Positions 1-13,039 of a stretch of DNA of 64,000 nt are shown in pieces. Below the pieces are notes generated by a model that was not told the DNA's origin, made no database searches, and was given only the letters and a program-made list of their open reading frames with translations. The stretch's first letter is position 1, and each line of letters begins with the position of its first letter. The stretch covers positions 77,128,001-77,192,000 of the forward strand of contig OX597818.1 of assembly GCA_951406725.2 (NCBI GenBank). The letters run 5' to 3'. This DNA comes from Octopus vulgaris. Its lineage: Eukaryota. The position numbers and the translations under genes are program-made.

Positions 1-590
1 ACATTGACCCCAGTGCTCAACTGGTACTTATTTTATCAACTCTGAAAGGCAAAGTCAACCTTGGTGGGATTTGAATTCAGAATGTAAAGACTGTCAAAAT
101 ATCTCTAAGAATTTTGCCAGCTCACCACTTAAATAATAATAGTAATAATATTGTTATTCAATAGTTAAGTAAAGGCTTTAGTAAGAAGTTGGTCCTAATA
201 ATATATATTACATTGTAATAAAAGAAAGGATTTCAAAAGGAAACGAATTTCAATAATTAGTGTAATTAATATCATTATGAAAACTTAGCAAAAAAAAAAA
301 AAAGAAATTTTGGTAATGACATTTTGCAAAAAAAAAAACAAACAAACAAAAGACTGAATTAAATGTATCCACCCCTCCTGCCACTGTAGCAAAAACACCA
401 GATGGATATGCTTTAAATTTCTGAATCTTGACTTTCACTTTTGCATGTATTTTCATATCCACCTCTATAATTTAATTGGTCAGTCCTCTGATAATCTTCA
501 ACTGTCCTATATTTCTACAACAGCTTGAAATCAGAATCTTTCCTTACTAACATAGGACTTCAATGTGCTTAATAACTGTGCTATGGTTCC

Positions 591-822
591 TTAACCCTTT
601 TGATACCAACTCACTTATGACTGTGTCTAGTTCTGTCATACAAATTCATTATTTTAAAATGATCTAACTTAAAACCCTTTTCCAACAAAATTCCATGTTA
701 ATTTATGTTCCCAAAACTAGCTAAATAATGGCAAATTTATTTTACTAAATTTTTCATTATTTTCAAAACTAGTTGAAACAAAATCACTATATTCCAGTAG
801 AAATATGGTAACAGAAGGGTTA
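591..822. mobile_element. piggyBac-like MITE (related copies at 3190-3774, 6083-6311, 10132-10792)
   Basis: Ends TTAA-CCCTT ... AAGGG-TTAA. The internal sequence is shared among copies and has no ORF. Confidence 0.65.
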
Positions 823-1563
823 AGGCAAGTAATCCTCAAAGATTGGATTATTTAAATTCAATTGAATAATTTATGCCATGCTGAGTTGAAGCCTGTGTTC
901 TATGATAGTGCTGTGATACATGTGTGCATATATGTACATGTGTGCATGTATGTGTGTGTGTATTTGTGCATGTTTGTATGTGTGTGTATATGTATGTGTA
1001 TGTGTTTGTGCATGTATTTGCACATGTGTGTCTTTGTGTATGTATGTGTTTGTCTGTGTATCTCTTTGATTGGTTTCTTGGTTTCTACTGAGGCTTCAAT
1101 ACAATAAAGATGATCAAAGACTGGACTGTGCTAAACATAATAAGGTAGAACACAAGAATGTAAGGATTCTTTCAATATTAATTTGGATACTTTAAATTAT
1201 TCTAACAATAAATCATTTTAGGAATTTATCTACATAACTGGAAATTTAATTTTAAAGAGAAAAATGCTATAACTCTCAGTGTAACTATTTTGACTTTGAA
1301 TTTTATCATTTTATAATTCTATTCTTATTCCGTCCTCTAAAATTGTTGTTTGTTATATTTCATTATTGAGTTATCTAATTCTTTAATTAAAGGATTTAAA
1401 ACTAAAATATTAATTTAAGAAAAAAGTCCAGAGCATAGAAAGATTCTAATTTAAAACCTTATTCCTCCTCTCTCCCTGTGTATATATGTGTGTCTCTATA
1501 TATATTATACATTTATATAAACAGACACATACATATTTATACATACATACATACATATACATT

Positions 1564-1708
<145 letters not shown>

Positions 1709-2008
1709 ATATACATATATACAAGGTGTCTCATAAATAAAGCAGCATGGGAACATTAAAATGCTGTCTATGTTGCTCTTTTCCAATGGAACATCTAGTA
1801 TAGCTTATAAAGAACAGTTCTATGTCCTTTATAAATGACACATTGAAAGAACAGCTGGAAGAAAGTACAGAGGAGCTGACTGTTGTATAAGACTTTACAC
1901 CCACATACACAGGGGAGGGGTAAGTTGATTACATTGACCCTAGTACTTGACTGATACTTTACATATCTCTACATATTTGCTTACAAATGCACACACACAC
2001 ACATACAC

Positions 2009-2072
<64 letters not shown>

Positions 2073-2328
2073 GTGAGTGTGTGTGTGTGTGTGTAAAGAC
2101 TCATTAACTTTTATATGTAAGTATGCTAAAGGGGAATCATTGATATTTTAAAAACTAAACAGACATTTCAATTCAGTCTTTTGAATAAAGAGAATGAGGA
2201 GGATGTTTGAGGAGAACAAAGAAAAAAAAAATAGAAGTCATGTGCAGATTCATCAGAAGATGGCTGTAACTAGGTCCTACTTATGGAGAAAGTTGGATGG
2301 AGAAATTTGGATTGTCATTGCTTCACAT

Positions 2329-2513
2329 TCAAGTCTTCTCCCTGGAATGCATGGCAATGTGTTCTGTGAGGTGGCAATTGTGAGCAAAGGCTTTCGTACA
2401 ATATTCACATTTGAAAGGTCTGCTGAGATTGTGAATACGGCGAACATGTGCGTTGACATAACGCTGATGCAGGAATGTTTTACCACATTCCTCGCACTGG
2501 TAAGATCTCTCAC
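2329..2513 (-). CDS. C2H2 zinc-finger protein, last coding exon (fingers 3-4)
   Basis: Acceptor ccttcttgtttcAG at 2515-2514. The phase-1 junction rebuilds the linker HTGERSY, followed by YQCEECGKTFLHQRYVNAHVRRIH and FKCEYCTKAFAHNCHLTEHIAMH, with TGA at 2331-2329. The joined CDS is 495 nt (164 aa). Confidence 0.88.
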
Positions 2514-2639
2514 CTGAAACAAGAAGGAACAATAAAAGATAAATCCAGAGTTTTTAATTAAAACAATATATGTATATAAACAATATATATATATATATAT
2601 ATATAAACAAAACAAAAAATGGAGTGCACTGATTTTCAT

Positions 2640-2965
2640 TATCATCATCATCATTGTTTAATGTTCGTTTTCCATGCTAGCATGGGTTGGACGGTTCGAC
2701 CAGGGTCTGGGAAGCCAGGAGGCTGCACCAGGCTCCAGTACGATCTGGCAGTGTTTCTGCAGCTGGATGTCCTTCCTAATGCCAACCACTCTGTGAGTGT
2801 AGTGGGTGATTTTTACGTGCCATCGGCACAGGTGCCAGGGGAGGCTGGCAACGGCCATGATCAGTTGGTGCTTTTTACGTGCCACCGGCACAGAATCCAG
2901 TCAAGGCAGCGCTGGCATCGGCCACGTTCGGATGGGGCTTTTTATGTGCCACCGGCACAGGTATC
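2640..2965 (-). mobile_element. RTE LINE 3'-end fragment with (GAT)n tail; many copies (about 4490-4660, 6580-6750, 24690-24850, 34940-35100, 40490-40640, 48850-49100, 59450-59700)
   Basis: Motif ggttggcgttaggaagggcatccagctgtagaaac...gcatggaaaacggacgttaaacgatgatgat, which matches the 3' UTR of the RTE at 53810-56045. Confidence 0.75.
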
Positions 2966-3300
2966 ACAACTACAATTTCCACTTGATATTTATTTTGATG
3001 TTGATGTACTTGACTCAATAGGTATCCTCAAGCACAGCATTATGTATTTGTTAAAACAAAAAATATAACACACAAAGTACTAGTGTATCAAACATTACAA
3101 TGTCAATATTGTAGAAAAAAAGAAATTTAAGTGGTTGTCCCATGGCCTTCTTCTAGTTCTTGGAAGGATTTTAACTCAGCATTGTACATTAACCCTTTTA
3201 TAACCATATTTCTATTAAAATAAACTGCTTTCATTTCAGTTACTTTTGAAAATAATAAAGAATTAGGTAAAATAACTTTGTCATTATTAAGCTGGTGTTT

Positions 3301-3512
3301 GGCAGCAAGCTGGCAGAAACATTAGCATGTCGGGCGAAATGCTTAGTGGTATTTCATCTGCTGTGGCGTTCCGAGTTCAAATTCCGCCGAGGTCGACTTT
3401 GCCTTTCATCCTTCATCCTTTATGCACTGGGGTTGATATAATCGACTTAATCCCTTTGTCTGTCCTTGTTTGTCCCCTCTATGTTTAACCCATTGTGGGT
3501 AATAAAGAAATA
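3301..3512 (+). mobile_element. tRNA-derived SINE with MetaSINE-like central domain (other copies about 1-130(-), 5658-5870(+), 5890-6050(-), 30660-30762(-))
   Basis: A-box-like gctggcagaa, B-box gagttcaaattcc, then gtcgactttgcctttcatcc...ggggtcgat. Confidence 0.7.
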
Positions 3513-4055
3513 AAATTAGATGGTGTTTGGAACATAAATTAAGGTGAAATTTTGATAGTAAGTTTTAATTTAGATCACTTTAAACTTTTTGTAACCATAT
3601 TTCTGTTGGAATACGCTGCCTTTCATTCAATTAATTTTGAAAACAATAAAGATAGTGCAAAATAATTCCAGCATTACTAAGCTGGTGTTTGGAATATGAA
3701 TTAGCATGAATTTTTTATGGAAGTTTTTAATTAAAATTGCTCTAAAATAGAAAGATGGATTAATAAAAGGGTTAATATATTTGTTAGTTATACAGTGTCA
3801 TTGTTATTGAGAAGAGTAAACTACACTTTATTATGGCACCTATTTACAGCTAGGTGGACTATCAGAGTTAAGTATTTGTGAAAGGTGCACTCTAGCACTG
3901 GTCACAAAATACATAACTAAAAAATTCCAGCCATGGAACTTTTATATTTTTAAAAATAATTACATTTATCAATGATAAATTTAAATTAACACTTTTGAAT
4001 TTGGTCTGCAAGATTCTTGACGTGAACTTGAGTACTGAAACAGATTTTGTATTTT

Positions 4056-4392
4056 GGGAGGGTTATTATGCCAATAAGAAACACATACACTGATTCTAAT
4101 TCAATTCTTTCAGTATTATTATTAGTCAACTAGTTAACCATTTAACTAATCAATCATTTGATCTAACTGTTCAGTTGATTAATTAGGTTTTTCAGAGTAC
4201 TTTTAGTGCCATTCGCAATCTCATCAATGAAATGCTCATCAAAAGGACTCTGATAAACCTTGCTGACTGATTGACTAAAAATTTAGTTAAACAATTGATT
4301 AGCTAATTCACCAAATGTGTAGTTTGTTGACTAATAATAATCAGAGAAGTGAAATAGAAACAGTGTGTTTCTTATTGCAAAATTACCCTCCT
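4056..4392. mobile_element. Degenerate MITE/fold-back element (related copy about 10420-10650)
   Basis: Imperfect inverted arms ggagggttatt...aataagaaacac...attattagtcaac / gttgactaataat...gtgtttcttattg...accctcc. Confidence 0.55.
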
Positions 4393-6082
4393 AAGGTACA
4401 ACAAAATATTAAAATTTATGCTCAGATCAACTACTGAACATTGCCAGTGATATGTAAAAGCACCTGTGTTGGTGACACATAAGAGGCATCCACTACACTC
4501 TTGGAATGGTTGGTGTTAGGAAGGGCATCCAGTCATAGAAACCATGCCAAATCAGACTGGGACTTGGTGCAGCTCTCCAGCTTACCAGTTCCAGTCAAAC
4601 CATCTGACACATGCCAGCATGGTAAGTGGACATTAAATGATGACGATGATGATGATGATATATTACTTTCTCTTTCAATATGTATTCAATGTATGGAGTG
4701 TGTAACAGTCATGGGGATATATGTTGATATATTAGATGCAAGAAAATAGGAAACAAAAAGGAACTCAATCAATAAATGATCAAAACGGAGCACACACACA
4801 CACACAACGACATACACCATTCAATAATGGTGTCCAGTCCATGCCAGCATGGACAACTGATGTTAAATGATGATGATAATTATGATCACACCAAAGGAAA
4901 ATGTGTTACCCTTTAAAAAAATGTTGAAACATCCCCAAAATGCTAGACACATAGTATAGGGATTAGAGTGTTGCACTCATGTTTGCCAGATCATGGTTTT
5001 AATTCCTAGACCAGGTAGTGCATGTTGTTTTTGAGGAAACCATTTCATTTCATGTTGCTCTGGTCCACTCGGCTGTGAATGAGTAACCCTGCAATGCCAT
5101 GGAAACTGGATAACTGCCAATATGAGTCCTAGAACCCTAGACAGTAATGTCCAGCAGTTGATGACAATGAGGGTGATGATGATGATGATAGAAATACGCA
5201 ATGACACCACTGTGAGCGATTGTGAAGCTGAGGTGCAGGAACAACCAGGTACCCTTTCAAGCATCAATTTATACATCAATAAGGCAGGATGCTAAAATAG
5301 TCAAATTCTTCTTTGACAGTGGCCTTGTACACACCAGCATCTCAAAAGCCACAGCTTAAAAATATAATTTAGCAACAGATTATGGTATTTCAGTGCCTTA
5401 TTTCATCCAGCCTCCACCACTATGAACATATAATGGAGTGAGTGAGACACTAACGGTGATGTCCTATAAAGGGAACTGCCATAAGGTCTCTACTCCACTG
5501 TCTTAGCTAGATACTCCTATAAAACGAAGTAATCACCAAAAATTGATTTCATTGCTGATAAATAACAAAGCATTCATAATTTTATTGAAAAAGTTCAGTA
5601 AAATCCATAAAATACGTATTTAATGTTATCATTTTTTTAATATTAGTTTAATATTTAGGACAACGAGCTGGTAGAATTGTTAGCACGCCAGGCAAAATGC
5701 TTAGTGCATTTCATATATTCTGAGTTCAAATTCCACCTAGGTTGACTTTGCCTTTCATCCTCTCAGGGCTGATAAAATAAGTATTAGTTGAACACTGGGG
5801 TCGATGTAATTGACTTACTCCTTCCCCTGAAATTGTTGGCCTTGTGTCAAAATTGGAAACCAATATTTGAATTGATATTAGTTTTAAATTTTGGAGGAGA
5901 TATGCTGATTACACTGACCCTAGTATTCAACTTGTACTTATTTTACTGACCCTGAAAAGATGAATGGCAAAGTTGACCTTGGAGGAATTTGAACTCGGAC
6001 TGCAAAGACAGACGAAATGCTGTTAAGTGTTTTATTCGGCATGATACTGAGTTAATATTAAGTCACAGGTGTAGCAGTGTGG

Positions 6083-6311
6083 TTAACCCTTTCATTACCA
6101 ACCCGGCTGAAACTGGCTCAGGCTTTAAGTACAAAAGTCTTGTTTTCATAAGATTTGAATAAAAATCTTCCACCAAACCTTAGTCACAATTTATGCTCCT
6201 AACGCTAGCTTAATGATAACTAAGTTATTTTACTAAATTCTTTGTTATATTTAAAATTAATTGAAAGAAACACGGAGCATCTCAAAATAAATACAGTAAC
6301 AAAAGGGTTAA
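6083..6311. mobile_element. piggyBac-like MITE
   Basis: ttaaccctttcattacc ... gtaacaaaagggttaa; homologous to 591-822. Confidence 0.65.
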
Positions 6312-8675
6312 GTATTTTGTTTCCCAGCTACATAGATTCAGATTCAGTTCCACTGATGTCTTTTACCATTTCCCCTTCCCTCTACTCCTCTCTTGTCCTC
6401 TGTCTCCTTCTTTCCTTCTGGCGTAGTCTTGCATCTCTTTTACTGCCAGGTCTCTATTTCTGTCCCTCTATTCATACTCTAACTTCTCATCACTTGGCAC
6501 AAGCCACCTCCTGCAATAATACTCCTCACCTCAGTTGATGGGTCTTATTTTGTAAGTTATTTGGTGTCACATAAAATGCACCTAGTATACTCTGTGAAGT
6601 GGTTAGCTTTAGGAAGGGCATCCAGCCATAAAAACCATGCCAAAGCAGTCTGTAGAGCTTGGCACAGTCTTCTAACTTGCCACTTCTGGTCAAACCATTG
6701 AACCCATGCCAGCATGGAAAACAGACATTAGATGATGATGAAGATGATAATATATACATACAAACATACATATCCACACATGTTCATGTGTAGTCCCTTT
6801 GTTTTGACATTGTATGATAGTTGTAAATGAGTGTTACAATCATACAAGCAGTGTTGTTCTGCAAAATCATATTTGGTCATGGGGCAATATTACCTTACTT
6901 TGAAACAGATGAGGGTTGGAGGCAGGAAGAGCGTCCAGCCATAGTAATCTGCCTCAAAAAGACAAAAACTTTGTCCAACCCTTGCAAGTATGAAAAGTGA
7001 TGGCTATCACTATTGGAGTTTTATTCAGAGTTATTTTAATGGTAGATATTTATTCAATAGTATCAATGATCGATGTTTACTTCATTATATTTAATGTAAT
7101 TAATCACAGGTCCTTCTTGTTTCATTAAATCTAATGTAATTATCTAATTTTCGGTAATGTCATATTAACTTCATCTTCAAGTTCTGACTGCTGAATTGTT
7201 TCCAACATACATTATAAATAGTTACTTAATTCAACCTGGAATGATGAAAGTCAAAATAATTCTTGCCAAAATTCAAATCAATACCAGAGAAGTACCAAAC
7301 TAGATGCCTTCAAGCATTCTAATTATGTTTCCTCCAGACACAAGAAAATTATACTTTTTCAATGAAATTCCAGACACAAAACTTTTCCAATTTCCACTAA
7401 GAATAGAGAACAACTAGTAAACAGACTAATTGCAGAGCTTCTACATGGTTGATTAGCTTGCTAGAAATAACATCCAAATTACCTTCAAATAACACATTAG
7501 ATACTGCAGCCCTAAATACCTATATATGGTGTGATTGTGACTGGCAAGCTTTAGATCACAGATCTACTTGATCAGGGTTGACTAGGGTTAAACAAACAAC
7601 AATAGGTGGTAAAATAAATGATGTGAATTAGTTTGGCTATTTTGACCATTACTGAAGTTGAATCAGCCATGTTACTAAAGTCTAACATCTTTTTATTGTA
7701 ACTTGACAAATTCTATTACTTGGAACTGATAACAAGTGTTTTTGTTTTCTCTATAGCTCTAGGACTGATAGGGCTGGCTACCCAGTTTCCATGGCCTATA
7801 AATGATCAAGATAACAGCATTATCCCTGAATGGGATGCCAGTTTGATGTAGGGTTCAAGGCCAGCAATTTTTGAGGGGAGGGGTAAGTTGATTACATTGA
7901 CCCTAGTACTTGACTGATACTTTACTTAATCAACCCACAAAAGGATGAAAGGTAGAATTTGAACTCAGAACATAAAGAACTAGAAGAAAGTGTCACAAAG
8001 CATTTTGTGCTATTGATTCTGTCAGCTTGCTGCCTTAATCCATCCATCCACCCATCAGACACTTCCATAGCTGGATTCCCAAGTGTGGCCAACTGAGCTA
8101 ATAGACCTTATCCAACCATCTCGTCCTTAGTCTCTCCCTATGTCTTCTGCTAGTTGGTTCAGCTTGAAGAATCTATGTTGTGATTCCTTCCTGCAAAACT
8201 CTTCTAATCTCATGTCTGTAGTGCTGGAGATGTGACCACTCAATGCAGAGATGTAGAAGCTCATTCTGGAGAGATTCCTTGATCTCTAACCTATGCATCC
8301 TGTTGAATAACATTACTCAAGAAACCCATTGGAGGAACTCCATCTCAGCCACTTGCATTTGTTACCTAACATTCATGACTACAACTGAGGATAGGCATGA
8401 AAACCAAATTGAAGACTGTGAGTTTCGCCTTTTTACCAATCTCTCCTCTTCTGAGGAATGAATGTAAGAGCTGGGGTATTACTATACCAGCTTTCAAATC
8501 TAGCATCCAGTTTAGCCTCCTGCCTTCCATCACTTGTGAATGCAGCCCATAGTATCATACAAGCAGCACCTTCCATTTAAAATCTTCCAAGAAAACATGT
8601 TTGGCTATGGGGAAATATTGCCTACCCTGAGTAATTACTGATGACATGTGCCTGATATATATATATATATATATA

Positions 8676-9262
8676 TGGAAGTTGATAATGCTTTAAAGCA
8701 TTTTGATTTATATTTAAATGCAAGGTTATTAAAAATGATCTCATTACATGATGAATATTTCACATTTATTTTTTATATGTATGTTTGTGTGTATATGTGT
8801 GTATGCATGTGTGTGTGTGAGTGCATGTGTGTGTGCACGTGTGTGTGTATGTGTGTGTGTGCGCGTGTGTGTGTGTAATAATAATAGTAATAATAATCCA
8901 TGGTGGAATTTATAAATATTTTAATGCATTACTACATATGTTTCCACGAATCACATATTTCTTAAGATCATAGTCCATATTCCTGGGATGATTACAGTAC
9001 AATCCATTGACATCAAGTGGATACATTCATTTCATCAGGTGCATGTGATTTGTGGAAACACACATAACAATGCATTAAAATATTTATAAATTTCATCCAT
9101 GGATTATTATTATCATTACTATATTTATCCTACATTATATCAGCACAGCTTGGTACAACCCCATAAAACTGCTATTGCAAATTGATATCATTCGGTTGTA
9201 GCTGATATATTAAAATAGAGCTTTTATACACATACTCAAAAACGTTTTGCTGTAAACAAAGA

Positions 9263-9297
<35 letters not shown>

Positions 9298-9894
9298 TAT
9301 ATATATCCTCTTTGTTTACAGCAAAACGTTTTTGAGTATGTGTATAAAAGCTCCTATTTTAATATATCAGCTACAACCGAATGATATCAATTTGCAATAG
9401 CAGTTTTATGGGGTTGTACCAAGCTGTGCTGATATAATGTAGGATAAATATAGTAATGATAATAATAATCCATGGATGGAATTTATAAATATTTTAATGC
9501 ATTGTTATGTGTGTTTCCACAAATCACATGCACCTGATGAAATGAATGTATCCACTTGATGTCAATGGATTGTACTGTAATCATCCCAGGAATATGGACT
9601 ATGATCTTAAGAAATATGTGATTCGTGGAAACATATGTAGTAATGCATTAAAATATTTATAAATTCCACCATGGATTATTATTACTATTATTATTACACA
9701 CACACACGCACACACACACATACACACACACGTGCACACACACATGCACTCACACACACACATGCATACACACATATACACACAAACATACATATAAAAA
9801 ATAAATGTGAAATATTCATCATGTAATGAGATCATTTTTAATAACCTTGCATTTAAATATAAATCAAAATGCTTTAAAGCATTATCAACTTCCA
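8676..9894. repeat. 1.2-kb near-perfect palindrome (about 590-bp arms, (TA)n centre) in the zinc-finger intron
   Basis: 8676-9265 is the reverse complement of 9306-9894 with only a few substitutions/indels. The same spurious ORF appears on both strands (8648+ and 9895-). Confidence 0.95.
9532..9641 (+). ncRNA. Degenerate type-I hammerhead motif (mirror copy on the minus strand at 8931-9040)
   Basis: ac-CTGATGA-a-atgaat...attcgt-g-GAAA-catatg-TA-gt. Palindromic stem III, GUA site, weak stem I. Confidence 0.5.
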
Positions 9895-10827
9895 AAATTA
9901 AATAATTAAAATGTCATTAATATTCAGTTGTTAATAGCAATAATAATGGAATAATGATATAAGAAACTGTCATGGATTTATTATGATTTTGTTATCTCCA
10001 TAATTATTGACTGACTGAAATATCTACAAATATTAAATTACAAGACCACAAAAAACATAGAAATTGGTTCATAAAAACGCAAAAATAATTTTCTTATTAA
10101 ATGGTTGTTCATCATTTTACTTGTGCCAAATTTAACTCTTTTGATACTATATTTCTTTTGAAATACACTATCTAAAATAATGAAGAATTTAGTGGAATAA
10201 CTTTGTCATTATTAAGCTGATGCTTGGAACACAAATTAACATGAAATTTTGGTGGATGATATCAATTTCAATCAAATTATAATGGAAAGTTTGTGCCATA
10301 GAACCATGGATTGGTATCAAAAAGATGAACCCCTTTGATAGCATATTTCTGTTGAAATACATTGCAATTGTTTTAATTAATTATGATATTAAAAATGAAT
10401 TTAGAAAAAATAACATTATCATTTCATTTTTGCATTTGGGTTGCAAGATTCTTTATGTGAATTCATGTTTTGAGACAAATTTTGTTGTGTCTAAGGGAAG
10501 TCATTATGTTAACATATTGAATACACTCACAGGTTCAATTCCACTCATCTTTTAAATATCCAATTGGATATTTACTAAATGAGTAGAATTGAAGCAGTGA
10601 GTGTGCTCATTACATTGGTATAATGACTCTTCCTAGACACAACAAAACTTTACCATTATAAAACTGGTATCTGGAACGCAAATTAACATGAAAGGTTTTG
10701 GAAGAAGGTTTTTATTTAGACCCTTATAAAACAAGAAATTTGTATCATAGAACTAGGAATGGTCTCCGTTGGGTTGGCATCAAAAGAGTTAAAATGAAAT
10801 CAGAAATGAATTGTGGACACGTCTTAC

Positions 10828-11137
10828 CAGTGTGTATCATCTGATGGCGTTCTAAATGAGTGTTGAGAGAAAATCGTCTCCCACAGTCGCGGCACTCATA
10901 CGGCAAATCGGAACGATGCATCATCATTTCATGAGCCGTGAGGCTGCTGCTGTAGAGAAAAGCCTTCGAACAATGAGAACATTTGAAGGGTTTCTTGTCC
11001 AAAGGTGCAATTCCAGCAGTTGAAGGGGTTGTTGATGAAGTCGAAGCAGAAGTTGACGATTTGGGGTCAGGAAAGACACTGGGTGAGAAGGACTCGCTGC
11101 CTCTCATAAACATATAAGGATCGTCTGTCTGCATCAT
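10828..11137 (-). CDS. C2H2 zinc-finger protein, first coding exon (Ser/Thr-rich N-terminus plus fingers 1-2)
   Basis: ORF MMQTDD...FKCSHCSKAFLYSSSLTAHEMMMH...YECRDCGRRFSLNTHLERHQMIHTG. Donor G|GTAAGA after 10828 (phase 1). Acceptor ttccatttcAG at 11296-11295, so the exon is 11294..10828. There is an in-frame stop upstream of the ATG. Confidence 0.88.
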
Positions 11138-12661
11138 GCTGCTTTTTATGGGATACCTTTTTTTAAAAAAAGGCTGACTAAAGTTGAGGTTTTGTGAGGA
11201 AGTAATGGATGAAAGTTACAAAGCACTTCCTTATTTTCCAACAAAATGTCAATGACCACCAAATCTTTGTGGAATTTCAGAAGCAAACAAAGTCCTGAAA
11301 TGGAAATTATAATAGAATAAATAATTGGTTAGTAGATGTAAGTAATTTTAAAATGATCAAATTTTGATTAAAATAAAATGCTGAGAGAAAAAGTGAAGTG
11401 AGTTCAAAAAAGAGAAATATTGAGAAAAAGTACCAAGTTTACTTATAAACAATTCCAAATAAACTATCACTGGTCTATATTTATTTCAAATTGATATAGT
11501 ATCTTTTTCTAAGAGAGTAGAGTATAATTTGAGACAGACTTGACCTGTTATTTCTTGCAGGTTGAAGAACCCTGTACAAGCTCCCTCATTGGTTCATGTT
11601 AACATGTTTTTAAGTTTAGCAGGAAGCTAGTTTATATATGAACATAGTTTATATATATGAACATAGTTTATATATATGAACATAGTTTATATATCTTCCT
11701 GCTAAACCAAAATAGTTTATATATGAATGCTAAACATTTTGCTTTATAAATTAGTCAGAAGATGTAGAACACTGTAATATCAGACTGATGCGGTGATGTT
11801 TAGCATCGACATTAGAAGGTATCTGTAGGAAAAACACTGAATGGAGGAGCCCTGAGGGTCACTGCTCTAGGTCGAAAGATAGAATGAAGTATCTAGTATG
11901 GGTGTAAGGGGGATGAGACTCAGTAAGTGTAAGTGAAGAACTGATGTAATTTACATTATGTTTTTGAAATATGATAAGATATAGAGCTATTTATGAGAAA
12001 ACCTTATTTTAAAAAAAACAAAATCTACTGGTAAACTTTAAGTGTCCAGAATACTACTTTATTGTCCAGAATACTACAACGTTAGTGCCAACCAGTCTCA
12101 TCCTTTGTATTATACATAGTTTTGCAGTATAGAGAATTTCTTGAGATTCAGAGTTACCGAGCTAACAAAGGTTTTTCTGTTTCTGGAGAGAGTTTTGCAA
12201 AGGATAGATCTTTCCATTTGATGTTATAGGGTGTGTTGCTATCTTTTAGTGACAATATTTTACAGAGTGGTTCCTACTTTTTTATAGTGGTTACAGAATA
12301 AGTGTGTATGCTTGTAATATCTACTTTTCATGACATTAGTATTTAAACTTATACAAGACATGTTAATAGAGCTGGTGCGCACAAATATAAGTTCTGTTGC
12401 TAAATAATTTCATGTAAGTGAATAATAGCTGGGGTTAGCACAGTTACATGTTTGTGAAGGGAGCTGTAACATGCTCCATTTTCTGTTTGGCATGTCTTCT
12501 ACAGATGGATGCCCTTCCTAATACCAACCACTTTACAGAGTGTATTGGGTGCTTTTTATGTGTTCTACAATAGTTCCAGCCCAACCAAAACCTTGATTGA
12601 ATATAGTAGACAGAAACTGAACAAAATTAAATACAATGTGTGCTTGTCTGTCTGTCTGTAT

Positions 12662-12714
<53 letters not shown>

Positions 12715-13039
12715 GCAAATTAGTTAGAAAATCTCTATAAGGGATACAAACAGTAACTATATTGAGAAGTAATGTTTATCACCACAGCTACATGTTTGTT
12801 CCATAGGAACCGACGTTACTACCATTTTAACCCTAGGAGAATGCCTCCTCCAGCTGTTTAGTTGATGCAATCTGCAGCTGGTATATATTGCAAACAGGGG
12901 AACAAATCCCTACCATCTTCCAGCAACAGGACCACCAGACTGTCCAGCTTCAAGCTATTTGTGCTCATCCTCAGTGGTAGATACTCGTTTGCTAGAGATT
13001 AATTTTTTTCTTAGGATAATTAATATCGTACATAGAAGG

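Noticed and set aside
2277-2654. Alternative overlapping ORFs around the last zinc-finger exon
   Set aside because: They are out-of-frame or antisense shadows of the C2H2 exon.
8638-8655. CTGATGA next to the large palindrome
   Set aside because: No downstream GAAA/stem III; it runs into a TA tract.
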